From Candidatus Hydrogenedentota bacterium (GTDB lineage: Bacteria; Hydrogenedentota; Hydrogenedentia; Hydrogenedentales; JAEUWI01): DNA of 64,000 nt. Made by a program: the position numbers and the translations under genes. Location: contig JAXMOL010000014.1 in assembly GCA_034669905.1 (NCBI GenBank), positions 1 through 64,000 of the forward strand, written 5' to 3'. Positions 19,401-27,877 of the stretch are shown one piece after another (the stretch's first letter is position 1; the number at the start of each line of letters is the position of its first letter). The notes beneath the pieces are model-generated. The model made no database searches. It was not told where the DNA came from and worked only from the letters and a program-made list of their open reading frames with translations.

Positions 19401-20455
19401 TCCGTTACCGGCGCCATATCACTGACGGAGGTACCGGCCAGAATCGTGATCTGCACATAGGGCGCGCCTTCAAGCACATCCAACGGCTGGGCGTCGCCTA
19501 CAGCAGTAATCCAATCGGAAACCGTACCCGTACCGCTGTTGCTGTCAACGGCGGCATCGAGTTCGTCGACAATATTTACCATCACAAAGGCCGATTGACC
19601 GGCGCTAATCACGCCTTCATTCAACAGGTCCTCCGTCGAAGGGGCCGTGACCATGACGTTTCCAAAGGCGACGACCGTGTCCACCCCGGCCGATACCCCC
19701 TTGGAGGTGGCGGTGCCCAGATTCGCGAGCAACGCCGTTCGGCCTTCGCCATTTACCATCACGTTGGCCACGGAACTCGCGTTGACCGGCACGTCCGTAA
19801 AGGGATCATCCGGGTAGCCGTTGCCGTCCGCATCGTTATTCTCCGATGCAATCGTCAAGGCGATGGCGTCTTCCATCGCGTTTACCGAGTCATACATCAG
19901 GTTCGCCGACTGCTGCGACTCCGCCACGGCGTTGATCAGGGCATAGATCAGGATCGCCGTCTGCGTGCCTTCCGCATTGGGAATAAAGCTCGTCAGCGTA
20001 AGATTCGACGCAAAGTCATCGGGGAAGCCATCTTCCGACGTTACACCATCGGTGCCCGGGGTGTAGACCCCTTCGTTGGTCGTCCAGGGCGCTTCTTCTT
20101 CGGTCTCATCGTTTGCCGGATTGGCCACATAGGTGACCGTCGTGTCATTGCCGGCACCGGGCACGCTGGCACTCAGCAGCACTTCCACCCCACCAATGTT
20201 GGAAGTGGGGACAATAATGGTATCTCCGTCTTCATAGGGCAGCGACTCCAGCGCCGTTCCGGCACCTTTGTCATAGAGGGCACCCCCCTGATTCATCAGA
20301 ATCAGGTCCAGGAATTGGCCAAAATCGATTTGACCCTGGTCGCCCGCAGCACCCACGCGCGCTGCATCGTGGGACGGCACAAGGCCGATCACAAACGCAA
20401 GTACTACCATCATGCTCACGAGCGACGCAAGCATTAGTTTCTTGCTGATCCCCAT
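16454..20455 (-). CDS. Large acidic surface protein: signal peptide, Ig/IPT-like domains, (GE)29, EF-hand pair, TM helix, CFI-box-CTERM domain
   Basis: 1333 aa. EF-hand loops 'DSNSDGRLSLAE' and 'DTNNDGFLTTAE'; C-terminal 'GGGSGGPCFIATAAYG...LREVRDTYL...FVDTYYTVSP'; ends in a hydrophobic stretch plus RRRVKRK. Confidence 0.88.
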   Translation of the reverse strand: MGISKKLMLASLVSMMVVLAFVIGLVPSHDAARVGAAGDQGQIDFGQFLDLILMNQGGALYDKGAGTALESLPYEDGDTIIVPTSNIGGVEVLLSASVPGAGNDTTVTYVANPANDETEEEAPWTTNEGVYTPGTDGVTSEDGFPDDFASNLTLTSFIPNAEGTQTAILIYALINAVAESQQSANLMYDSVNAMEDAIALTIASENNDADGNGYPDDPFTDVPVNASSVANVMVNGEGRTALLANLGTATSKGVSAGVDTVVAFGNVMVTAPSTEDLLNEGVISAGQSAFVMVNIVDELDAAVDSNSGTGTVSDWITAVGDAQPLDVLEGAPYVQITILAGTSVSDMAPVTDLGSLAVNLFIEGDFPEESLEQVQLFSYASTAVNAGGSVVVSSDSEGDWELLPVEPISMNGNIDVNLSSPGLFAAFASEIAVTTVDPDVLPGNAMVDLTLTGSFPLGAGVSLDATEAAEVFSVTLNGQAASFRNGGSGGTVAANSTTLYLTTPSLALDMVEGEPVDTDVSLTITDLRFTGNSLTVPEAATLKDSVTVTIAVEGNGTATVSPASIEGSTTGGTYLKDTNVTVTFTADTGSELLTVLLGEVSVPSSVSSGMLAFTASDDTTVSATFGEAGGEGEGEGEGEGEGEGEGEGEGEGEGEGEGEGEGEGEGEGEGEGEGEGEGEGEGEGEGEFSDEDNADSLLAGFVAADSNSDGRLSLAEAQQALSRLTLEGFGRLDTNNDGFLTTAELVAFQTTFGEAIVTSVTPDEAWIFGGVVAELRGQNLNVNTTINIGGVVVTGFRAANDGSSIEIIVPESTDTSNNDFVDVSVVVTNPGQQNSSTFNSFRYNRYVTEGDVNTTAYAFDGAAGASDVDVALGNNAFASLNVPATSGGARTYGIVRTAAASNPNAIGTNAIDTSLAAQGVDAGDVLEGDVHDFSLYFYQPLDFSEAKQNTPSMGMPTSGQASGGAFAAGGLSRYLLDENGDPVIDAVTGEPVENDPIQLSFLTDDATLNAGIVRSGLTWFGSESSYNYATGTLTVPATAMVAYQSNLLNAEVDPSLSASDADSTSIDAVSRTRLYSMNGFSLRRGSGIPDSLVDSIVAANANISFNGSTAGGTSVTVVSPDGGLAWIDHVLIGSGDTAITAGSDRFVTVPGSDENTFTFQTPRGSATGMMDVTIFLASDPENPAFTLPNFFEYTAGGTPDFPFFLLISLILSFFGIAAGGDGGGSGGPCFIATAAYGTPMSADINVLREVRDTYLLDSALGTAFVDTYYTVSPAVADVVAQSPVLAALVRIALVPVVVLGQFALTSPGLFALTLFGGMALFIRRRVKRKAHQS
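18395..18568 (-). repeat. Coding hexamer repeat (GGYGAA)n encoding (Gly-Glu)29
   Basis: 174 bp of TTCACC/TTCGCC units on the + strand. Confidence 0.95.
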
Positions 20456-20654
20456 TCTGGCTTCTCCTCTACACCGTTGTTCTTATTGGTGGATTGTCTG
20501 CAAATGACCGCGGTTGCGGATAGCGATTTACAGGAAAATAGACGTCATTTAAGTCACACCATACCTACCAGAGCCGTGCCACACGCTTCCCAAAGGAAAC
20601 GCGCCCACCGTCTCTACGGCGGGTAGACAAGACGCGACTCGGTCAGTTTGCCTA

Positions 20655-20683
20655 AGTATAGTGAACCACTTAGATCCTGTCAA
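20655..20683 (-). promoter_or_regulatory. Near-consensus sigma70 promoter of the surface-protein gene
   Basis: TTGACA-17 bp-TATACT on the - strand, about 200 bp upstream of the ATG. Confidence 0.8.
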
Positions 20684-20765
20684 CACTTTATCGGAAAGTG
20701 CTTGACTTCCGTGGTGATTATCTCAGTTTTCGTCCGTTTGCGTCCCCATCCGGGTGGGGCCGCGC

Positions 20766-21599
20766 CTACGAAGGCACCGTGCCACGACGCCACTTGGTCT
20801 GGTACATGACCAGGTAAAACAGGGCACCCCCCATAAACAGCACCAGCCCAATGGTTTGGCTTACGGTCATGCCGTAAATCGAGCGCACGCTATCCCCCCG
20901 AAAGGCTTCCGTCGTAAAACGCAGGATCCCATAGAGGAGGGGATAAAGAAAGATAATGGAGCCGTCATGCTTCTTGTGCTTATAGGCGAAGCGCATGACC
21001 AGGAAGATTACAAAGAGACCGAGTGATTCATAGAGCTGGGTAGGGTGAACCGGCAGGGGATGCTCGGCCGCCCGGGTAATGAGGCCCTCTTCCACCTGGC
21101 GCTTCCAGGCCAGGCTATAGCGCGGAAACACCACGCCCGTAGGGCCATCCGTGTGGTAACCCCAACAACATCCATTGAGAAAACACCCCAACCGGGCAAT
21201 CGAGTGGCCCAGCGGCAAAAAGGGCATCCCCACATCCCCCATTCCGAGCACCGACGCACCCACGTATTTGAAATACGCCAGGGCTCCGATTACGCCGCCA
21301 ATGAGCCCGCCGTAGTACACCATGCCGCCTTCCCAGATAAAGAAGACCCGGTACCACTCATAGGGGTTCCCCTCGTTGTCCGTCCAGGTCGTCCCATATT
21401 GGAGGTACCAATAGATCTTCGCCCCCAGCAAGGCGCCAAAAAATATCCAGACGCCGCCCGCCGGGGTAACCGGGTAGGGCTTTTCGAGCTTGTAGTTTTC
21501 CCGAACCGCGCCCAATACGCCGAACAGGAAGGCCAGGGCCAGCCCCACCGTGTAGGCGTGAAACTCCAGGGGACCGATTTCAAGCAGGGTAGGGTACAT
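20766..21599 (-). CDS. lgt: Prolipoprotein diacylglyceryl transferase family protein
   Basis: 'MYPTL', 'EGGMVYYGG', 'RLGCFLNGCCWG', 'HPTQLYE', 'RFTTEAFRGD'. Confidence 0.88.
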   Translation of the reverse strand: MYPTLLEIGPLEFHAYTVGLALAFLFGVLGAVRENYKLEKPYPVTPAGGVWIFFGALLGAKIYWYLQYGTTWTDNEGNPYEWYRVFFIWEGGMVYYGGLIGGVIGALAYFKYVGASVLGMGDVGMPFLPLGHSIARLGCFLNGCCWGYHTDGPTGVVFPRYSLAWKRQVEEGLITRAAEHPLPVHPTQLYESLGLFVIFLVMRFAYKHKKHDGSIIFLYPLLYGILRFTTEAFRGDSVRSIYGMTVSQTIGLVLFMGGALFYLVMYQTKWRRGTVPS

Positions 21600-22019
21600 G
21601 CCGCAATAGCCTTTAAACGATAGTGCATCGCCGGGTTACTACCCCAACGGGGCAGACTCAATTCCAATACCGGGCCGATTGTGGCATAGTTCCCCGCCCG
21701 GTTGCGAGCTAAGCGCCCTGACCCAAAATACATTTCAAGACAAATGGGTGCGAAGCCAGTACAGCTGTGGCATCGAAAACAGTACATTTAACCAAGGTGA
21801 TCAACGAATTCCGTGCGTATAGGGGCGCTATCCGATTGAGATGTTCATTGCGACCACGACTCCAGCGCCCCGTGCCACGTCTACGACGCGCCGCAGGAGT
21901 GCGATGCCGAGTAAAACGAGGTTTCGTGTGCGTGGAGAAAAGAAGCACGCCCCGCCACCAAACACACCCAATGAGGGCGTCCAATTATTCCGAAGTGATG
22001 GGAAGACGCCCGAATTGAA

Positions 22020-23132
22020 CTATCCGCGTGCCGCAGGCCGACCTTTGACCAGCACACCCAGGAGCGCCAGGAAAAGCAGGGCCGTTCCCAAGGTGTCGGC
22101 ACCAGGCACCAGCGATGCGACCTGCTCCCGTTTCGCCTGCACACGGAACCCCTCGGCGGACGTCGCACTGAGCGACCCCTGACAGCCCTCGGGCGTGCGG
22201 GCACGCACCCAGTAAAAGTAACTTACTTCCGTCACCTGATCGGGCACGGTGCAACCATCACCGGGCACCACCGCAGGCACCAGGGCCGATATGTCCAGGA
22301 AAGAAGTGCTCGTCTGCCATTCCGTACCGAGGGCAAGGGCCGATGCGGCATTGTTGACCGTATTGCGATAGACCCGGTATTCCGCACCGGTCGTGGCCAC
22401 GGCCGACCACCCGATCTGCACCCCGTCACTCCGATTCTGTGTGGCGGTCACCCCCGAAGGCGTTCCGGGTGGCGCGCAGCCAATCTCAATCACGGCATCT
22501 TCAAACCCATAGGTCAGGGCCGCACCATTGGCATCAGAGGCCGAAGTGGATGCGGGCGTAACCCCACCGCTTCCATCGGGAATCACGATGGCGTTATCGG
22601 CCGTCAGGCCCATCACATCGGTCATCGTGCCATTTTCCAGGCCGCCTGTCACCGTAAAGGCCACCGTAAACAGGGTGCCGGCCGAGATAGCCGTGGAATT
22701 CTGGCTGAAAATCACAACGCCAAAGACCCCCTGATCATGATGTTCCTGGGAATCAAAGCTGAATCCCGACGCAACCAGACTCTCCGATGGGCGCACGGCA
22801 CGACGCATGGTAATGGCATTGCCATCATCATCCAGCACGGGCTCGGTGGGCTCGAAGCTCTGCAAAATAAGTTCATACTCATTTGAATTCGGCGTCAGCG
22901 TCATCGGATCATAGGCCAGAAAGACGATCATCGAGGTCGGGGAATCCCCCCCCACGGCCATTGAGACCGTGACCTCCACCGTATCCCCGGGTTGCGCGGT
23001 TGTTGCGCCAAGGCTGAGTGTTATATCATTTGGATCCTGTGCAGCAATCGTCTGGGCACCGCCCAACGACCCAATTGCCAGTCCCAGGACTACAAAACGT
23101 GCCATAACGGCAACGATACCATTCCGAACCAT
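22020..23132 (-). CDS. Exported cohesin-like + FN3-like protein with a C-terminal membrane anchor
   Basis: Signal peptide; 'TLSLGATTAQPGDTVEVTVSM...LAYDP...GTLFTVAFTV' (cohesin-like); 'PSGVTATQ...IGWSAV...YRVYR...YFYWVRA' (FN3-like); C-terminal TM plus basic residues. Confidence 0.7.
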   Translation of the reverse strand: MVRNGIVAVMARFVVLGLAIGSLGGAQTIAAQDPNDITLSLGATTAQPGDTVEVTVSMAVGGDSPTSMIVFLAYDPMTLTPNSNEYELILQSFEPTEPVLDDDGNAITMRRAVRPSESLVASGFSFDSQEHHDQGVFGVVIFSQNSTAISAGTLFTVAFTVTGGLENGTMTDVMGLTADNAIVIPDGSGGVTPASTSASDANGAALTYGFEDAVIEIGCAPPGTPSGVTATQNRSDGVQIGWSAVATTGAEYRVYRNTVNNAASALALGTEWQTSTSFLDISALVPAVVPGDGCTVPDQVTEVSYFYWVRARTPEGCQGSLSATSAEGFRVQAKREQVASLVPGADTLGTALLFLALLGVLVKGRPAARG

Positions 23133-23263
23133 GCAGGTACTCCTTTAATCGTGAGTGAACGGCCTAGCCTAATGCGCCACCGCCCATACAGTCAACTTCG
23201 GACTGTGTCGTCGAGTGAAAAAAATTCGCGTGCCCGTACGGCACGGGTCTGTTGCACCTGCCC

Positions 23264-24946
23264 ATGATACCGGTAACGTGTGCCCATTGCAGTCTCAAGA
23301 TTATGGTGCCTCCTACGGTACAAGGCAAGCGGGGGGTTTGTTTCAATTGCGGCCAGCCCCTGAGCATTCCCACCGGCCAGGATATGGAGCGCCACTTCAA
23401 TCTCCAGTTTGAGCAGGGTGACAAAATCGCCGACCGCTACATGATTGAGCAACACGTGGGCAAGGGCGGCATGGGCGTGGTCTATCGCGCCCACGACACC
23501 CTCGTGGATGAAACGGTCGCCCTCAAATTCATGAACCCCAAGCTCTTGCGCACCTCCAAGGGCAAGCGCCTCTTCATCCAGGAAGCCCAGATCGCCCGGC
23601 GACTTCGCCACGAAAACATCGTGGCCGTGCATGACGTCAGCTGGACCAACGAAGGCATCCTCTATCTCTCCATGGAATTCGCCGAAGGACAATCCCTCCG
23701 TGCCTTCCTGCGTAAACAACGTATTGACCGGCGATACGTTGACGTGCGGCTCTGTGTTACTTTTGTTACCCAAATGCTCCGGGCCCTTGAAAACGCCCAC
23801 CGCACGGTCATCCACCGCGACATCAAGCCCGAAAACCTCATCCTCCTCGCCGGTGAACGGGTCAAGGTCCTCGACTTCGGCCTGGCGAAAGCCGTCCAGG
23901 AAGAATTCCTCAAGACCGAGCCGGACGAACAAAAGTCGAATCAGATCGTGGGCACCCTGGCCTATGCAGCGCCGGAACAACGACAACGCCGCACCGTCGA
24001 CCCCCGTACCGATATCTACGCCGTGGGCCTGGTCTTCCACGAGTTATTGACCCTGCGCACCCCCATGGACGAACCCGTCACGGTGGAGCAGGTGCGGGAA
24101 GATGTGGCGCCCTCCATCCTCCAGGTACTCAAAAAGTCCCTGCACGATGAAAAAGAACACCGTTGGCAGAATGCCCGCGAATTTCGACGGGCCCTGGAAG
24201 GGGCCTTCAACGACTCCTACCGGCGCCTCACCGAACGGGTGGAAATCAGCACCGAACGTGGTGCCGTGTCCACGGAGAACATGGTCTTCATGGAGGGAGG
24301 CAACTTTCTCATGGGAAACGACAGTTTCCGGGAGTCTGCCCCCGAAGAAGAAGTGTACGTGGCCCCCTTCTGGATCGATGCCTACCCGGTGACGGTCAAG
24401 GAATACGGCGCGTTTATCGCCGCCACCCAGGCCCCCGAGCCCAAGTACTGGCGCGATGCCCAATTCAACGGCCCCGACCAACCCGTCATTGGCATCACCT
24501 GGCAGGAAGCCCAGCGCTATGCGGAGTGGGTGGGCAAACGGCTCCCCACCGAAACCCAGTGGGAATTCGCCGCCCGGGGCAAAGAAAATCGTACCTATCC
24601 CTGGGGTAGCCTGCCCGCCGATACCACCCGTTGTAATTTTGCAGACTACCTCAGCATGCCCTCTATCGTCACCATGCACGAAGACGGCTGCACCCCTGAC
24701 AAGGTGTATGACCTGGCGGGCAACGTGATGGAGTGGACCCTCGACCCCTTCATTTCCTACAAGAAAATCCGACAGGAACCAGACGTCATCCTGGACGCCC
24801 CCCGACGGGCCGTTCGCGGCGGGTGTTTCAACTCCCCCCAGGAAGACCTGCGCACCTATGTGCGCCGGGGCGTCTTTCCCGAATCCCAATTGCCCACCGT
24901 AGGATTTCGCTGCGTCCTGCCCGCTGGTGCCTCCAGCTTCTCCTGA
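23264..24946 (+). CDS. Zn-ribbon + Hanks Ser/Thr kinase + FGE/sulfatase-modifying-factor-like domain protein
   Basis: CAHC/CFNC; GKGGMG, VALK, HRDIKPEN, DFGLA, APE; 'RLPTETQWEFAARG', 'DLAGNVMEW', 'GFRC'. Confidence 0.9.
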   Translation: MIPVTCAHCSLKIMVPPTVQGKRGVCFNCGQPLSIPTGQDMERHFNLQFEQGDKIADRYMIEQHVGKGGMGVVYRAHDTLVDETVALKFMNPKLLRTSKGKRLFIQEAQIARRLRHENIVAVHDVSWTNEGILYLSMEFAEGQSLRAFLRKQRIDRRYVDVRLCVTFVTQMLRALENAHRTVIHRDIKPENLILLAGERVKVLDFGLAKAVQEEFLKTEPDEQKSNQIVGTLAYAAPEQRQRRTVDPRTDIYAVGLVFHELLTLRTPMDEPVTVEQVREDVAPSILQVLKKSLHDEKEHRWQNAREFRRALEGAFNDSYRRLTERVEISTERGAVSTENMVFMEGGNFLMGNDSFRESAPEEEVYVAPFWIDAYPVTVKEYGAFIAATQAPEPKYWRDAQFNGPDQPVIGITWQEAQRYAEWVGKRLPTETQWEFAARGKENRTYPWGSLPADTTRCNFADYLSMPSIVTMHEDGCTPDKVYDLAGNVMEWTLDPFISYKKIRQEPDVILDAPRRAVRGGCFNSPQEDLRTYVRRGVFPESQLPTVGFRCVLPAGASSFS

Positions 24947-25100
24947 ATTCAGGCCCGTCAGACGCCTGGCAAATCCGGTTTGCAATGTGAACCGCCCAAG
25001 CGCTAAGCTGTTCCGATTGCCTTTGTCAATCCGATGGAGGCGACCACCCAGGGCGACGCCTTGGGTCTCTCAGTTCAGACACAACCGCAAGGAACTTTTC

Positions 25101-25814
25101 ATGAAACTCGCTATCCACTGGCGTTCCATCTTTCTTGGAGCCGCCCTCATTGGCGCGCCGCTCATTGTCAGCGCGCAAGACGAGAAAGCCCCCGCTGTGA
25201 ATCTTGACTCCGACACCGCAAAACAGAGCTATGCCGCTGGCGTAAACGTGGCCAAAAGCATCACGGGCCCGGGCGTCGAAATCGATCTGGAAGCCTTCCT
25301 CGCCGGCTTCAAGACCGCCTATAAAGACGAAGACCTCGCCCTGAACGAAGACGAAATCCGCGCCGCCCTGATGGGACTCCAGCAGAGCATGCAGGCCGCT
25401 GCCCAGAAGAAGCAGATGGAACAGGGCAACGCCGCCATGGCAGAAGGCAAAGCCTATCTGGAAGCCAACGCTGCGAAAGAAGGCGTGAAGGTTACCGAAA
25501 GCGGCCTTCAGTATAAGGTCATCACCGAAGGCGACGGCGCCCTGCCCACCGCCGAAAACACCGTCAAAGTGCACTACACCGGCACCTTCATCAACGGCGA
25601 GAAATTTGACAGCTCCGTCGACCGTGGCGAGCCCGCCGAATTCGGCGTGACCCAGGTCATCAAAGGCTGGACCGAAGCCCTTCAGATGATGAAGGTGGGC
25701 TCCAAGTGGGAACTCGCCATCCCCAGCGAACTCGCCTACGGCCCCGGCCGCCCCGGCATTCCGCCGAACTCCGTGCTGCTCTTCGAAGTCGAGCTCCTCG
25801 AAATCGTGAGCTAA
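25101..25814 (+). CDS. fkpA: Periplasmic FKBP-type PPIase (FkpA/Mip family)
   Basis: Signal peptide; 'SYAAG', 'TESGLQY', 'VHYTGT', 'FDSS', 'VIKGWTEAL', 'IPPNSVLLFEVEL'. Confidence 0.9.
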   Translation: MKLAIHWRSIFLGAALIGAPLIVSAQDEKAPAVNLDSDTAKQSYAAGVNVAKSITGPGVEIDLEAFLAGFKTAYKDEDLALNEDEIRAALMGLQQSMQAAAQKKQMEQGNAAMAEGKAYLEANAAKEGVKVTESGLQYKVITEGDGALPTAENTVKVHYTGTFINGEKFDSSVDRGEPAEFGVTQVIKGWTEALQMMKVGSKWELAIPSELAYGPGRPGIPPNSVLLFEVELLEIVS

Positions 25815-25837
25815 GCAGCCCCTTCCCCCTTGAATGC

Positions 25838-25871
25838 AATGGCCGCCGTGGACCCCACGGCGGCCATTTTT
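25838..25871 (+). terminator. Intrinsic terminator after fkpA
   Basis: AATGGCCGCCGTGG...CCACGGCGGCCATT followed by TTT. Confidence 0.75.
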
Positions 25872-25922
25872 GTACTATAAGGGCAATCGATTCACTCCCT
25901 CACCACGCAGGAGCCCCCACCC

Positions 25923-26621
25923 GTGATCCCCAAACTCAGTATTGCCCTGGCCCTGTGCAGCCTCCTGTGCGCCACGGGCGGCCCCCTCCTCGCCCGCGCA
26001 CAGCTCATCCCACCGATGTTGGGCATGGGACTCTTTCTCCTCAGCGGCCTCGTGGGATTGCTCGCACTCGGATGCGCCCTCGTCGCCGCCGTGCGCTTTC
26101 AGGCCTACCTCCCCGCCATGGTGGGCGTGCTCGGACTACTCCCCCTGCTGGCCGTCATCGCAACCGCCACCCAGAGCGCCCGCTACCCGGCCATCAACGA
26201 CATTACGACCAACCTCGACGCACCACCGACCTTCGTGCAGGCAACCGCGTTACCCGCCAATCAGGGACGGGATATGGCCTTTCCGTCGGCCTTCGTCGAA
26301 CCCATCAAGACCCACTACGATGATCTGAAGACCCTGTCCCTGTCCATCCGCCCTGATATCGCCTATAAACGGGCCCGGGATATGGCCACCCAGGACCCCT
26401 TCTACTGGGAAATCACGCGGGACGACGAAGCCCAACTCACCTTCGAGGCCATTGACACCACCCGTATTTTCCAATGGAAAGATGATATTGTCCTGCGCGT
26501 TCGCCCCAATGGCGAGACAGGGAGCTACATCGATATGCGCTCCAAATCACGGGACGGGAAGAGCGATTTCGGGGCCAACGCCAAACGCATCCGGCGCTTT
26601 TTCGAGGCCCTTAATTACTGA
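25923..26621 (+). CDS. DUF1499-family membrane protein
   Basis: Three N-terminal TMs; 'PAINDITT', 'FQWKDDIVLRV', 'DMRSKSRDGKSDFGANAKRI'. Confidence 0.85.
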   Translation: MIPKLSIALALCSLLCATGGPLLARAQLIPPMLGMGLFLLSGLVGLLALGCALVAAVRFQAYLPAMVGVLGLLPLLAVIATATQSARYPAINDITTNLDAPPTFVQATALPANQGRDMAFPSAFVEPIKTHYDDLKTLSLSIRPDIAYKRARDMATQDPFYWEITRDDEAQLTFEAIDTTRIFQWKDDIVLRVRPNGETGSYIDMRSKSRDGKSDFGANAKRIRRFFEALNY

Positions 26622-26635
26622 AGGTCCTGTCCCCC

Positions 26636-27826
26636 TCAGGATGCCACCAGCTGATAGACGGCCCCGGCACCCAGGTCCACCACGTAGAGTTCACCGGCCC
26701 CGTCCTCCCCGAAGGAGGCCACATGCTCCAGCGTGATCCCCCCCTGATTGAAACTGTCCGTCTCATCCGTTACGGTGACCCCACCGCCCCCTTCCCGCAC
26801 GAGGGCATAGCCCCTCCCCGTAATATAGTCGGCAAAAAAGTAGGTGCCCACCAGCTCGGGAATCGCCGCACCCCGGTAGACATAGCCCCCCGTGATGGAC
26901 TGGTTCCCCACGTTGGAATAGACGTGAATCGGGTCCACCGCTCCAGACAACGTGCACTCCGCTTCACCAGGACGGCACTGGTCCCCTTCCCGATTGCGCC
27001 AGCCATAGTTCTCGCCCCCCGCACTGTCCGCCGCCTGGAAATTGATTTCTTCCAGGGCATTCTGACCCACATCGGCAATCCAGAGATCGCCCGTCTCCCG
27101 GTCAAAGCTGAAGCGCCAGGGGTTACGCAGCCCATAGGCCCAAATCTCGCCCCGGGCATCCTCCTCGCTTACGAAGGGGTTGTCCGCAGGGATGGCATAG
27201 GGCTCCCCATGGTCCACATCAATTCGCAGCACCTTCCCGAGTAAGGTGTTCAAGGACTGCCCCTGGTTATCGGGGTCATTGGCGCTGCCCCCGTCACCGG
27301 AGGCAACATACAGATAGCCATCAGGACCGAAGGCCAGCATGCCGCCGTTGTGGTTGCTGTAGGGCTGGTCGATGGTCAGTAGAATCTTCGCTGTCGCCGG
27401 GTCACCTCGGTCGGGATCTTCCGCGTAGGCGCAATAAAGCGCCACGACCGTGTCATGATTGACGTCGGTATAGTGGACGAAGAATATCCCGTTGCGCGCA
27501 TAGTCGGGATGGAAGGCCATACCCAGCAGCCCCCGCTCCCCGACGCCCGAACCGAGGAGCCCCGACAGGTCGAGAAAAGGCGTGGCCAACACAGCTCCGT
27601 CTTTGTGCAGGAGAATCCGGCCCCCCTGCTCGACGATAAAAAGTCGGTCCTCATCCCCGGGTGGAGCCGTTACAAAAAGCGGCCGTTCCAGCCCTTCGGC
27701 GACGGCCTCAAGGCGCATCATTGTGCCCTTGGAGGGAATTGAAGGACCCGGATTATAGGGACAGGAACTCAGCAGAATGGTGAACAACAGCCCCAGCGCC
27801 AGGAGCCATACGCTGTTTGGAAACAT
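26636..27826 (-). CDS. PQQ-dependent glucose/sorbosone dehydrogenase-family lipoprotein (paralogue 2)
   Basis: Lipobox-like LSSC; 'GERGLLGMAFHP', 'NHNGG', 'FGPDGYLY', 'YGLRNPWRFSFD', 'SFGED'. Confidence 0.88.
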   Translation of the reverse strand: MFPNSVWLLALGLLFTILLSSCPYNPGPSIPSKGTMMRLEAVAEGLERPLFVTAPPGDEDRLFIVEQGGRILLHKDGAVLATPFLDLSGLLGSGVGERGLLGMAFHPDYARNGIFFVHYTDVNHDTVVALYCAYAEDPDRGDPATAKILLTIDQPYSNHNGGMLAFGPDGYLYVASGDGGSANDPDNQGQSLNTLLGKVLRIDVDHGEPYAIPADNPFVSEEDARGEIWAYGLRNPWRFSFDRETGDLWIADVGQNALEEINFQAADSAGGENYGWRNREGDQCRPGEAECTLSGAVDPIHVYSNVGNQSITGGYVYRGAAIPELVGTYFFADYITGRGYALVREGGGGVTVTDETDSFNQGGITLEHVASFGEDGAGELYVVDLGAGAVYQLVAS

Positions 27827-27877
27827 GGAAATCACTCCATCATGGGGTCGAAGGACAGCGTGGGGAGGGTGCCCCGC

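Noticed and set aside
24780..24946. Diversity-generating retroelement target (FGE-type C-terminus ending GFRC)
   Set aside because: I saw no template repeat or reverse transcriptase in the window; a remote DGR cannot be excluded.
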